Source: Tubiluchus corallicola (lineage: Eukaryota; Animalia; Priapulida). From it: 64,000 bases of DNA. The notes under the pieces were generated by a model. That model worked only from the letters and a program-made list of their open reading frames with translations. It was not told where the DNA came from and searched no databases. The position numbers and the translations under genes were made by a program. Shown here in pieces: positions 42,258-59,700 of the stretch. Position 1 is the first letter of the stretch, and each line of letters begins with the position of its first letter. The DNA is taken from assembly GCA_030141605.1 (NCBI GenBank), contig JAQGDQ010000113.1, positions 124,001-188,000 of the forward strand. The letters run 5' to 3'.

Positions 42258-42466
42258 GGCGTGTTCACATTAAAGAGTAGACGCACAAGTTTTTGCGCAA
42301 GTTTTCTCTGAGAGTAAACACGCAAGTGTGAGCGTCTTGACAAATTCTCTCGCAAGTTTTTGCGCAAGTTAACTGTCAGCAACTCTTGGAGTGTTTGCAG
42401 TAACTTACGAACGAACTTCACACGTGCAAGTTTACTCTCAGAGAGAAATCTCTAGTCTGAACGCGC
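42258..42466. mobile_element. Short MITE-like element with internal repeats
   Basis: Inverted ends gcgtgttcaca / tctgaacgcgc. Internally, caagtttttgcgcaagtt is repeated and ctctgagagtaaac / gtttactctcagag form an inverted pair. Confidence 0.55.
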
Positions 42467-43400
42467 AGATATTTTGAAAAAGACCTGCTCCGACCACATG
42501 AAATTCTTGTTTAGATCTCGCTATACAAATGATTTATGATAAGGTTGTGACAAATTTACGTATATAATGTCGAGGGACTATTGAAGGAGTTTCAAAGAAA
42601 TTCTGTCCAGGAAAAATAATGTGTCGAAGGAATGATGAAAATTATTTCTCATCTTCACTTTAGTAAAACGTGTGAAAATTTGGGAAAACTACATGATAAT
42701 CTTGATAGGCGAACATGGGATTGCTTTGCATTGCTGTTTTGATGTTGGGACAAACTTTACAAAAACATTGAATACATTTTGCAATGTTTTTGAACTTTGT
42801 TTACATGAAAATACAATACCAGTTGAAAATTTATTTGCCTTTATTTAGTGGTAGCTCGTTATTGTAACCAAAATTAGTACACATATAAACTCTTGGTGTC
42901 AAAACTCAAGACATTACATTGTATAAGAAGTCTTGTGTGGTACAAACTTTCAATAGCAATGCTAAAGTTTAATAAGATGTTCTTATGTTGCTAATTAAGC
43001 TCTCTGCATAAACCGCAAGTTTTAGGGCAAGACTGCAACATCAGGTCATGGTTCGATACGCAGATGTTCTTGGTGGCTTGTTTGGAACATAACACATTTT
43101 TATCAACACATTCTGAAACGAAACAATACAACAATTAGAGAACCACTTCGTGAAGGTAAAAAATTGTTCTTTTTACCATTTCTGGCTTTGGCATTTTTTG
43201 TTCTGTTAGTTTCAAAACGTCTGCGCCTGTTGGTAGCTTAGCAACTAATATTTCTGCATGTAAATGTGCTAAATATAGGCCTATGTAATTTTTGTGATAA
43301 ATAATTTTATTAAAACACAAGTCTGCCATTATTTGCGAAGCTATTGACAACGATTCTGCCCGTAGATGACATGTACGCTACAACTGGAAAAAGATTCTGC

Positions 43401-43812
43401 TGTTATGTTATGTTGTATTGTGTTGGCCTGTGCTGTATTATGTCATGTCATGTCATGTCATGTTGTGTTACGTTACGTTGCGTTATGTTATGTTATGTTA
43501 CGTTATGTTATGTTACCTTATGTTATGTTATGCTTTGCTATGTTATGTTATGTTATGTTATGTTATGTTATGTTATGTTATGTTATGTTATGTTATGTTA
43601 TGTTATGTTATGTTATGTTATGTTATGTTATGTTATGTTATGTTATGTTATGTTATGTTATGTTATGTTATGTTATGTTATGTTATGTTATGTTATGTTA
43701 TGTTATGTTATGTTACGTCATGTTATTTTACCTTATGTTATGTTACGTTATGTTATGTTATGTTATGTTATGTTATGTTACGTTACGTTACGTTATGTTA
43801 TGTTACGTTGTG
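43401..43812. repeat. (TGTTA)n pentanucleotide microsatellite
   Basis: Directly visible; it produces the CYVML-repeat ORFs in all three + frames. Confidence 0.97.
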
Positions 43813-43871
43813 TTTTACCACCTGCTTAACTAACTAGTTTATACAAAAGCAACAGGTGGTTTTGTACTCAC

Positions 43872-48602
<4,731 letters not shown>

Positions 48603-49489
48603 GATCTTTGTCTTGTATCTTCGCTTCTTGTGAGTATTATCGTTTGTTTAGAGTCCAATCCAAACCAAAAACAGAAAATCATAAGCTAACGCAGTTAACT
48701 GCTATTTTCTGTCGCTTATTTAGACTGCTATTACGCATTTGCTACAAATTCCTATTTAGTTTACCTATTTAATTAAAACTGCAAATAATTATTGGTGAAT
48801 CTCGATTTCGATTTTGTTTATAACCTCAGTTTCTATGGTTAGCGTTTATAAATAGATAATAATCTATATAGATAGTATATAGTATACATGATATAGGTGA
48901 TATACATGATAGTATATATGATAGACAACATACATAGATAATAATTAACATCATAAATTTTTATCATAAATCCTGTCATAAAAATCATTAGTCTATCATT
49001 TTATCACAAGCCTATCATAAAAGTCTACCACAATCATTTAGCTGCAGCTGCAGCAAGATATTTCATTTTCATGATGACTGCACTATCTATGTATTTTCTA
49101 CATTGATTTCACTGTGACATAATTCTTACCTTAGTGTTTTTCGTTCGATAGATAAGAAAATTTCAAACGCACCGAAAAGTTGCATGAATTTGTGACTCTT
49201 CCCCTATCTATACGGTGTCACAAAGCTGAACATTGTAAGGCTATTGACATCCATAGAGTTCTGCCTCCAGGTGAGATATAATTCATGACTGGTGTCACGG
49301 CGGTTTTTGAACTTGAAGCGAAAGTGAAAACAGTGAAAATGGCATGAGCATGAAATCTCTTGTTGTGAGGATTGTGGCCTGAATGATTAAACTGATGTGA
49401 ATCATCAATCTCGTAACTGACAAGCTGACCAACTGTCTGTCACACACACACACGCACGCACGCGCGGATGCACGCACACACACATACAC

Positions 49490-50565
49490 AGTAGTTGTAG
49501 TAGTAATTTATTGACAAAGATTATCTTGTTACACGGTGTGAGACATATTGCTAGTAAAATAACAACATCCATCTTATGTTCATAACAAACAAGTCGTTTA
49601 ACACTACCACAGAACAAAAATAAAACAAATCACACTCAAACACAATAAAAAAGTTAGTATGACAGACTAAAAATGTACAAATGTGCTAATGTGTTAACAG
49701 TAGCTGGAAAAACATGACAGACGTTACTGTCTATTTAACGCCTTTGCCACAGAAAGACAATTATTGTACATAGCGGCAAGCACTTTGGGTGGAGTCGAGT
49801 CCACAAAGGCATCTAACGAACTAAAATCTGCTTCATCATCAGTTCTTAGATCAGTAGTGTAGTTACAATGGCACACGATGTGTTCTTCGTCTTGCACAAG
49901 ACCACAAATGCATAGACGTTGGTGGCGGGGGATTCTTGCCCAGCGTCCTGTTTCGACTCGCAGATAATGAGCTCCCAAACGCAGTCCGGTTACGGCTATT
50001 CTTTCGTGTTCGGACACATCATGTGTCTGATAAATACGATGAGTGGTTAGCGACGGGTTCATGGCTAAATAGGTATTTCTCCAGGTTGATATCGAGGAAC
50101 GAATAACCTATCAGTTTTAGGATTTCTGTGTACTGAGTATAGAAACAGGGAGATAGCTTCCCGTGGGTGTATTATTAAGAACAGCAAGAACAACTAACGC
50201 TTTCTGTAACGGGCTTCCTATATAAAAATCAGATGTTCGTTACCTGTTTATGAAATTCCGTTGCCGTGCCTGAATCTCAACTTTGCACGAAGTAATATCA
50301 CTCTCAATATGAACTATGTCAGTACAAGTCTGTTGGCGCACGCCTAGCATTTCTTTCAAAGTCTGTAAAGTAGACTGAGAAACATATGATAGGTATTTGT
50401 CCACCGGGTTTCGCATCCATAGAGAATAGCGCTTTTCATAGCACTTTGCTTGACAGGTCTTTTTACAACATAAGGCGCATCTGCGTTTTTGGCTAAAAAT
50501 GACGAGGACTTACGAATACGTGATTCAAAAACACGGTGTCCCTCATCTTTTCGACACGTGAATTG
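49490..50565 (-). mobile_element. 5'-truncated non-LTR retrotransposon (ORF2 C-terminus, 3' UTR and tail)
   Basis: Translations MKSAILYGCET and RIAVTGLRLGAHYLRVETGRWARIPRHQRLCICGLVQDEEHIVCHC (CCHC-like terminal motif). The element ends in AATAAA followed by a (TAC)n tail on the minus strand. Confidence 0.85.
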
Positions 50566-51117
50566 CGGCACCGATGATGACGGTGCTTACGACGCTGACT
50601 ATGATAATGACAATAATTACGATACTGAAGACGTCGGCCACATTAAAGTGGTTCTAGGTACACCAGGAGTAGGCTGTCGGTCTCGAGAATGTTGTCTTTT
50701 TTTTCTGTATGACGACATTAATCCACGAGATTACACTTTTATATGTAGCTGATGTGCCCGTTAAAACTCTTCAAGAAATTCGTCTTTATATTTAAAGCAA
50801 AACTGGATCCAATCTTAAACTGTAGGTCAAAGCATTCTACTCTTTAAAACATTGAAAGAAAACATACTATTTTTACAAAAATGACTTACGTGAAAGAATT
50901 ATTACCACACAACACGATTTCGCGTTTGCGCCACTAGTTCTTCGCCGTTACTTGCATTTTGCCTCAATAGAAAATATAGTAAACATATTTCTTTGAAGAG
51001 TAAAATTTTTAATAAAATGTATACAAAAATGACTATTAATTTATAGTAACTTTCTTCTTTTACAAACATAATCTTGCTAAATTAGAAACGACAGCTATAA
51101 CAATTAGTTGTATAAAT

Positions 51118-51123
51118 TTTATT
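51118..51123 (-). terminator. Candidate polyadenylation signal of the P4HA gene
   Basis: AATAAA on the minus strand about 125 nt after the stop codon. Confidence 0.45.
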
Positions 51124-51245
51124 TCACACAAAAGCACTATTTATAAGCAACACACACAAAAATGCAAAACTACCGTGACAATTACCCATTATCACAAACC
51201 AAGCATTTTTTGACTTAATAAGCCTCACTAGAATTACTGTAAACA

Positions 51246-54200
51246 TTACAAAAGTCGGTTTAGTAGGCAGGGTCTTGTGAAGGTTTGTGCGAGTTCATGT
51301 ATCCAAACGTTAGCAACTGAAAAACACAAAAAATAACACAAAATCGATAACAGTACATGAATTTAACAAATCATTGTTAGTTACCCAAGATTTAGCTGTC
51401 TAAGTAAAGTTAGTTTAAACATAGTTTATTTGGTTCAGAGTAGACAGTTTTTAAAACTTACACATTAATCATCACCGTGCAAGTGTATGTACAGGTAGCA
51501 GTGCTACTAAAATAAAGTAATTATTATATATATATATATTCCTTTCAACAGTAAAACTATATATATATATAGTGCTTTTAATGTAATTTTGAATGCAATC
51601 ACAATTTTCACAGTTAACATCTACATTAAACAACCACAAAGATACAATGACAGCAGTTCGCTATTACTATATTGTAATATGTTGATATTTAATGGCAATA
51701 ATATGTAATTTAATTGACCGAACATAGCATCTCCGGCTTGATAATAACGAAGGCATTCAAGGAAGAAATGTTCGTGCCATAAGTTTAATATAAGGCGGTG
51801 TTTTTATACACTTCGGCTAAACTAAAACCGCAATTCAGCAGTCAGCAGCAGTCCCTACACACCAGCTCATTAATCACTATCAAAGGTATCACTCTAAGAT
51901 GAGCCACTGAACCAGCAGAGGTATCTTTGTCACCTTCAGATGCAATATACATCCTTCGTTAACGTTGCCAGAATCAGTACGGCGCCAAAAGAGTGATTTC
52001 TGAACTAAAGCAATCGCGGATTATTTCACTGACCAGCCTCAGTGTAGGGTAACTTCGGTGATGTAGCACACTCCCGTGACCACTCGGCCATATATTCCCA
52101 CTTCAACTATTGCATTGTTAGATTAAATGTAGTATTTCTTCAATCACATAATTCAAATCACATAATGCAATGCATTGTATAAATGAGTGCCTATCTATCA
52201 AAATAATATATCATGATATGTAAAACTATTCAGTTATAAAGTTGCATTGTTCACAAAGATACAGTAAAGTCAGTATTTCAGTTGAAGAAGAGAAGTACTA
52301 TATAGCACAGAAGTGGCTTCTAATTAGGTGCCACATGTACAATATTATTTTGTCAGGATTTAACACAGGATCTAATGCCGAAGTTTTGTGAAAATTCAGA
52401 AATACCCCCATTTAGTGCCTAAAAGCACTTAACAGCCGGCGTGCTCTGTTAGTTAACACAGGATCTATAATTGCCGAAGTTTTGTGAAAAATCAAAAATT
52501 ACCCCATTTAGTGCCTAAAAGCACTGGACAGCCGGCGTGCTCTGTCAGTTCATGACTAGTCCCATTTCGATGAAGCGTGTACCAGAAAGCGGCGCTACCT
52601 TTTCGAGCAGGTACCAAAATTTGAGGCGCCACGAATGACGTTCCTCCCCCACTTTTTACATCAGATAACTGAAAAACGAAAATAATACATATGATGCGTT
52701 AGCGTTTAACACTCAACGTTTATTTTATTTTACTTTATTTTATTCTACTTATTTATTTGATTCATATGAAATAGTAAAATATAAAGCACTATAATAAAAC
52801 ATGTTTACGAAATGTATACAAATACAATGTATTTACAAGTGTTGTAAAGACGCGGAGGTGTACTACTTACACGTGTCTATAACGTACAAAAGTTTATGTA
52901 AGTTAACTTTATTTGAGCGGCTTTTAAATAACCTAATATTTTGTGCAGGGGTGCACCGTCAACATATCCAGGCAAGATAAGATAAAGATAAGATAAGGTA
53001 ATCTTTGTTTTGTTTAACATTTTATGAATGAGTTTATCTATTTTGTAAAAAGTACGCTGACAGTAACACGAAAACTACATCTGCGACCGATATTGATGCT
53101 AGTGTCCAAACTTTATCGACTGAAAACACTCGTGCTCTTGATTGGTTTTCCATTAACCACACCAATTTTTGACCAATTTCATCTGTTTCACGCAAGTAGC
53201 CATTGTAACCAAGATCTCGTTGCAACCAGAAGCGTCTATCAAACTATTCGGAGTGAAGTTTGATAGCGATTTAAATTTTACTGAGCACTTAAAAGACATC
53301 TCTAAAAAGCGACTAACAACAAACGACTAAAAAGCGACTGTCAGACATCTTAAGCGCAGAAGTAAAGCTCGCAATATTCCGGTGCTTTATTCTTGGCTAG
53401 TTTTTGTATTGCAACTTCGTTTGGCATACTTGTGGCCATAAAATGTTAACAAACTTGAAGAAATTCAGTACCGAGCACTTAACCGAGTATTTAAGGCAAT
53501 AAACGGCCAATCACCAAATTACATACAAAAGTTATTTCAGCTAAATCAAAATGTGTGCAGTTTTCGTGACAATACAAAGAATATGGTTCAGCGAGTTCGA
53601 ACAATGAAATATGGTCTGAACTGATTCAATTACTAGGGGGCAAAGTTGGGGAATACCATTTATTCGTCGGTGACATAAGCTCTTGCAACTCGTAGTTGCG
53701 TGTTTTTAAAATCGACGAGAAATAAATGTTTACCTTATCATATCTTCCAGAATAAAGCTGGATTCCAGACTAGCGAGCAATGATGTACAATAGGCCTTTT
53801 GTAAACTATGAACAATTTTAGCAAAATACCTTTACCATCAGTAGTAAACATTCTAACAACATATATGTAATTCTTTTGGCTACCTCAATGCATTAGTTTG
53901 TCCAATTCTGGTCGTGAAAAATCATGTTTTATTATAACGTTGTTATAACTCAGTGTTGTATTTACAAATGTGTTGTTCATTGCACTTTATTTTATGTCAT
54001 ACTAACACATGATGTTTACGATTTTTAGTTTTAGTAGGCGATCAAATCACATGCATAATTTTACGTGAAATGCGTGAAAATGTTTTACGTTTAAAGCAGC
54101 GGGGCTTTAAGCAAAACTAATTATTTTCTTTACTATTGTGCATAATCCAAATAAGCAATACGAATAATTAAATATTGGCTTCTGTTAAACTTGGTTGCTT

Positions 54201-56672
54201 TTGACGATTAAGATTTGTAACGTGTAACTGAAAAAAATTACTTTTATTTTTGTAACTTTTGAACAGAAGCAATCTTCTTTAATAGTTAACTGTAATGGTC
54301 TTTAGTCAATGTTGCAATGTATAAATTCAGTTACCTGAATAGAAAGTCAACTTATAATAAGCTTCCATAGGACTTTTTTAAATCAATAACTGGGCTTTCG
54401 AACTGTTATCACAGGTTATTGTTTATATTAGATTTACTTTGAGACAAAACTTATATTAGTCATTACAGACAATGAATGTACAGTAGTCACTATGAGACAA
54501 TATATTTACAGTAGTAACTATGAGACAATGATTTCACAACATTCACTACAGAACAATTCACAAGTTTGCAGTATTCACTGCGAGACACTTAATGAGTTAT
54601 ACTGCTCACTACGAAACAATGAATTATGAATTTACAGTGTTTATAATGCGATACTTACGTAAAACATAAATGTAGCGATACGATTGTTCCATCGGTTGTA
54701 CGAATACTCGAATTGTTTAGATTCTTCTAACTCCTCTTCAGTCTATTTCAAAAAAGCAAAACAGGCATGTTAATGGAAAATAGAAGAGAAACGTTTTTCG
54801 CGAATATTGTCGATCTACTAAATGGGCGCCGGTAGGCGGACTCACTGATGCACCTGCGTCCACAGAATTTCTTAAGATTTTTTCATGGCTAAATAAAGTT
54901 TTTAGCAGTAAACCAAGACACACACCAACCCCTTGTTTGTTTGCGAATTCCCCGAACAGTCAGCTGATTTGGATAGTGAAGTTATGTCTGTCACTTACAT
55001 ATTGTCGATCTCTTATCGATTTCGGTTGTCTAGTTTTTAGTTAACTGTAACTGCACTTCTGCATTAGGGGGTGAGCCCAAAGGGCCTGGACCCCTTTTCA
55101 CGGTAGTAGTGAAATTATGAGTCACGAGTTTGAGGTAAACTTGCCTGAGGAAATAGCTTCCAGCAATCGCAAAATGGTCTATAATGCAGTAAATTGCATT
55201 TAGCTGTGTCCAGTGGGAAAAATTAGCACGCAAACATATTAAATTTTGTATGGACAGTGGGTGGGCTGTAAACTTAACAATCTCAAATCGGTTTTGTGTT
55301 TGACTATCCATATTTTGCTGGATTGATAATCTTGACACTAAATAAATTAAGCTTAAGTAATAGGTCATTCGCAGCAGTGTATTACGAACTTGCTTTTAAG
55401 ATATATGACTACTACTATGAATACAATGAATATTACCTAGGTAAATGAAGGTAAAATATATTTATTAAGGCAGAATTTTTCACGTTTGAAGAAGTCTATG
55501 TACCAGAATTTAGATATCATTTGAGGCTTCCAAAATGTCCTTAAATACAGGAAAATGCCCCCCGACACCCCCTAGCTGCTTGTACGTCCAATTTTTTAAC
55601 CTCTAGCGGCGCCCATGGTCTACTATTACAATTTATTTTAATACAGCAAAGTGTAGAATCAAACATTAATCGCAAATGCTAAGCCAAGTCTAAAGCCATG
55701 TCAAGACATCAAGTAAAATAAAACAAATTTAATAAACAAACTTGTTTCCATGAATTGATGCATTTCATGTTTTTGGAAAATCTTTTATAATCATGACATA
55801 AAAACTAGGAAGAAACACTTGATTTACTCGTGATTTACTTTACAGTTTTTAATCATTGCAATATTGCTTTTTTAATTTTCAAAATAAAAGTCAATACGTT
55901 TCATATTAATGAGTGTAAATTTCAGTTAAGGTTTTGATGAAGTTATGCCTCATCATTTTAGGTGCAAGTAAGTCAACATTAGCAGCAGTTACCAATGTTT
56001 TCTCTTCTGGTGCGCTTTAAGTAATCATAAACGTGTATTGCTTGGGAAAGCAACAGAAAGTGTCCTTGGTTTCTTTCAAAATCAGTTCTTTACAGTCCAC
56101 AAGCACACACAATGAGCTTTTCTAAAAGCATTCTTCTTACCGTAAGTACAATAAATATAAATATAAAGTACATATTTATACTGCTTATAGGTAGGGGTAG
56201 CTTTATTTTCTGAATATTAACGCAATATTTGTTTTAATTTAGAAAATGACCAAGAACTGGTTTTCACATAAGCTATCATAAGTAATAACGAAAAGTTTGG
56301 TTTTCTTGTTGCGATTATAATTAGCCAAGACCATTGAAGCCATGCTTTGCAATGCAGCTAGATTAGAACCATAACCAAGACTATTAAGCTGATACTGCCC
56401 GACATTAACTCTTAAAAAACTAACATTTGGTTGATCGAAGTGAGGTTCATAGTGTCCGCCGATCCCATAGTTGCATAACTGAACACTTTCAGCAGAATCC
56501 ATATTAAGTCCTGTTACCATACCAATTCTATCTCGAAGCTTGACGGACAAAGCTTTCTTTTCCACATTTTCATAATCTATCCAAGCGCTACACGAATAGA
56601 AAAACAAGAAGTATTTATGAGCTATTATTCTAGAGTGAATCGGCAGGACAGGGGGAGAGAGAAAGGAGAGAG

Positions 56673-56749
<77 letters not shown>

Positions 56750-59700
56750 GAGGAGAGAGTTTTTAGGGGGGCACAGACCATATCATATGACAATTCACCT
56801 TCCCAGTTGGTTACAGTTGAGATGTTCAGAATTTCAGTACATTTACTCTTGCATTTACTCACATTTTGCTTGTTCTTACAGTAGAAACTACGCTACCGTC
56901 GTCATTAGCGTTGCTCCTAACTTGAGCTCTGTTAAACTGTAAAAAAATAGTAAAAAATAGCATAGAGCTAAATAGTTGAGAATATCAGTTTTAGTAATGG
57001 TCAACGTTGAACACTTGAGCTACAAGTATTTTCAATTATGATACGATAAACGGAAACAGTATTGCTAAGAAAATTGTACTAAAGAAACGTGCCGATCTCA
57101 AACAGTCAAAGGATATTCCATGTATAATTTCTTTCCAATTAAATTGTTTCGGTCCATTAGCATTTTTTGGCTTGGTTAACAAATAATTTGCGTTATCTTA
57201 TCTTGTCTTGTCTTGTCTTGTCTTGTCTTGTCTAGTCTTGTCTTGTCTTGTCTTGTCTTGTCTTGTCTTGTCTTGTCTTGTCTTGTCTTGTCTTGTCTTG
57301 TCTTGTCTTGTCTTGTCTTGTCTTGTCTTGTCTTGTCTTGTCTTGTCTTGTCTTGTCTTGTCTTGTCTTGTCTTGTCTTGTCTTGTCTTGTCTTGTCTTG
57401 TCTTGCCTTGCCTTGCCTTGCCTTGCCTTGCCTTGCCTTGCCTTGCCTTGCCTTGCCTTGCCTTGCCTTGCCTTGCCTTGCCTTGCCTTGTCTTGCCTTG
57501 CCTTGCCTTGCCTTGCCTTGCCTTGCCTTGCCTTGCCTTGCCTTGCCTTGCCTTGCCTTGCCTTGCCTTGCCTTGCTTGCCTTGCCTTGCCTTGCCTTGC
57601 CTTGCCTTGCCTTGCCTTGCCTTGCCTTGCCTTGCCTTATCTTATGTTATCTCATCTCATCTCATCTCATCTCATCTCATCTCATCTCAGTTCAATAAAC
57701 GAAAATGGTTACCTCTGAGCTCCCCAGTGCTTTTAACTGTTCTATTTCTGCATCTGTGATCACCTCGTAAAAGACGTATAATTCCGGATTGATGCTAAAT
57801 TGTTCTCTTTTGTACGGTGCATAAATTAAATAAGGATGACGCTTTATTAAGTGACATCGTAATCTTGGATCGTGAGAGTAGCTCTGAAAACAAAATCATA
57901 CAGGATTATTTACAAATATTTACTATCAATATAATTTAAAAAATAAGAACTTTTATTAAAACGTCCGAAGAAGAAAGATTTTGCACATTCTTAAAAAATG
58001 CACAGAGTTACAACAACTCGCTAAACATTTAAACTTATCAAAAAACGTACAGTAACAACAATTATTTATTAAGTACTACATGTAGTAGATATTTAAAATC
58101 TGTTTGTACGATGTAGTAGAAATCTGTGTGCAGCACCATGTTTTTATCCCATGTTTTAGGTTGCATTTTAAGTTATACGGTGACGTGGACTTTGCGATTT
58201 TGCGTAACGAGATTTCTTGGTCTAAAAATGCCTTATTATAGGTAAAAAACTCTTCAGTACTTTACCTGTTTTATTTCGATTTTTATGCACGTTCTTGCTT
58301 CAAAACAAAGCAAATATTAAAAATTATATCATTGCTGTATTTGTTTATTTAATTATTTATTGTGTTTCTATTGCGCAAAAAGTACATTTCCTATTTAAAA
58401 TAGGCGACATATATAAAAATATAAAATACAATATTAAGAACTAGCTCGGATTATCAATGTATTTACAAGAGAGAATTAATGTATAGGTAAATAATTTAAT
58501 CGCATTATTGTTAAAAATGGTTTTTCTGGAGAAATGTAAAATTAATTGCATTGCCATGAAACTCCTGTTTACATATAAACTTCATATAAACTTTTAAACA
58601 CAGTAATTGATTCATATTCGTTATTTTTACACTGTTTAGAAAGTTACAAATGAATGCAGATTCACTGATTTTACAGTTGAGTTACCAATTATTAAATCAT
58701 ATTTGTATCCCAAGTTGTAAATAATGATTTACAATATACTTTATTAAAACAGATGTCTGATGTCTGTATCAATCTTCTTGCGAAATTTATAATTCTCTAT
58801 TCCCAATATACAAAAAACATATTTTTGTTTATAATGCATCTCAAATACTTGTTGTTTTACATAGCGATCTTACTTTGGCCTCTCCCCTGCACACCTTCTC
58901 ATAAGCGTATTCTGACTCATATCTCCCCTGTGGCCTGGTATTTCTAACGCAAAGTTGAGAATCCAAATTTAAACAAGAGTTGTCTTCGTGGAGAACAGAT
59001 AAACTATGTGTCTCGTTTGGCGGAACTAAAAACAATAACGTATTAACTTTTCATATCGCAGTGCTAAAATAGTCAACCAAAAATATTTATTAAGTGTACA
59101 CTGTCGGACGACAAGATATGAATAACAATTTTTACATATAAGGAATCGCCAAGGTACTGTATTACGCTAATTTATTATGCAACATTTTGTGAATCACAAA
59201 AAATTAATGATCATTATTTTGTCAAATCTGTTGAATTAGTCACTTAAAGGACAAGAAAGGGGGTACCTGAAGTAGGTTTCAGAAAAATCGCCTTAAAAAT
59301 TCTATTACTTTACCGCAATTTTATGTGTATGACTCGCGTTGAAAGGATTTTTTGTTGGTGTTCATTTTAAACCTCCCGCAATACTGTTCTGACAGCGCCA
59401 TTAAGTGACATTATATACACATAATGTAAATCAGGGGAAGAAAAGGAAATGTTAAACTATGTACCAAAAAACTTTCCATGCAAAGTTAGCATTTCGCTTA
59501 CCTGCTTGAAAGACTTATGTAACTAGAAAAGAAAATTATTAATTATTTAAAATGTTTTCACCAATTGGTAAAATGTCATTCACTCACCACCAGGGTGCAC
59601 CACTCACTAACCAAAAAACGTATTTTTAGTCTTATTGACAAGATACAGTAATTTACAATTTTACTTAATTAGCGACGTGTGCCCTACGAATACTTTGATT

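Noticed and set aside
43344-43837. CYVML-repeat ORFs of 139-161 aa
   Set aside because: They are translations of the (TGTTA)n microsatellite and are open in all three frames.
56863-56936. Mutually exclusive partner for the P4HA RTSK exon (as in vertebrate P4HA1)
   Set aside because: I found no second homologous exon in the flanking introns.
57208-57759. SCLVL/PCLAL-repeat ORFs
   Set aside because: They are translations of pentanucleotide microsatellites.
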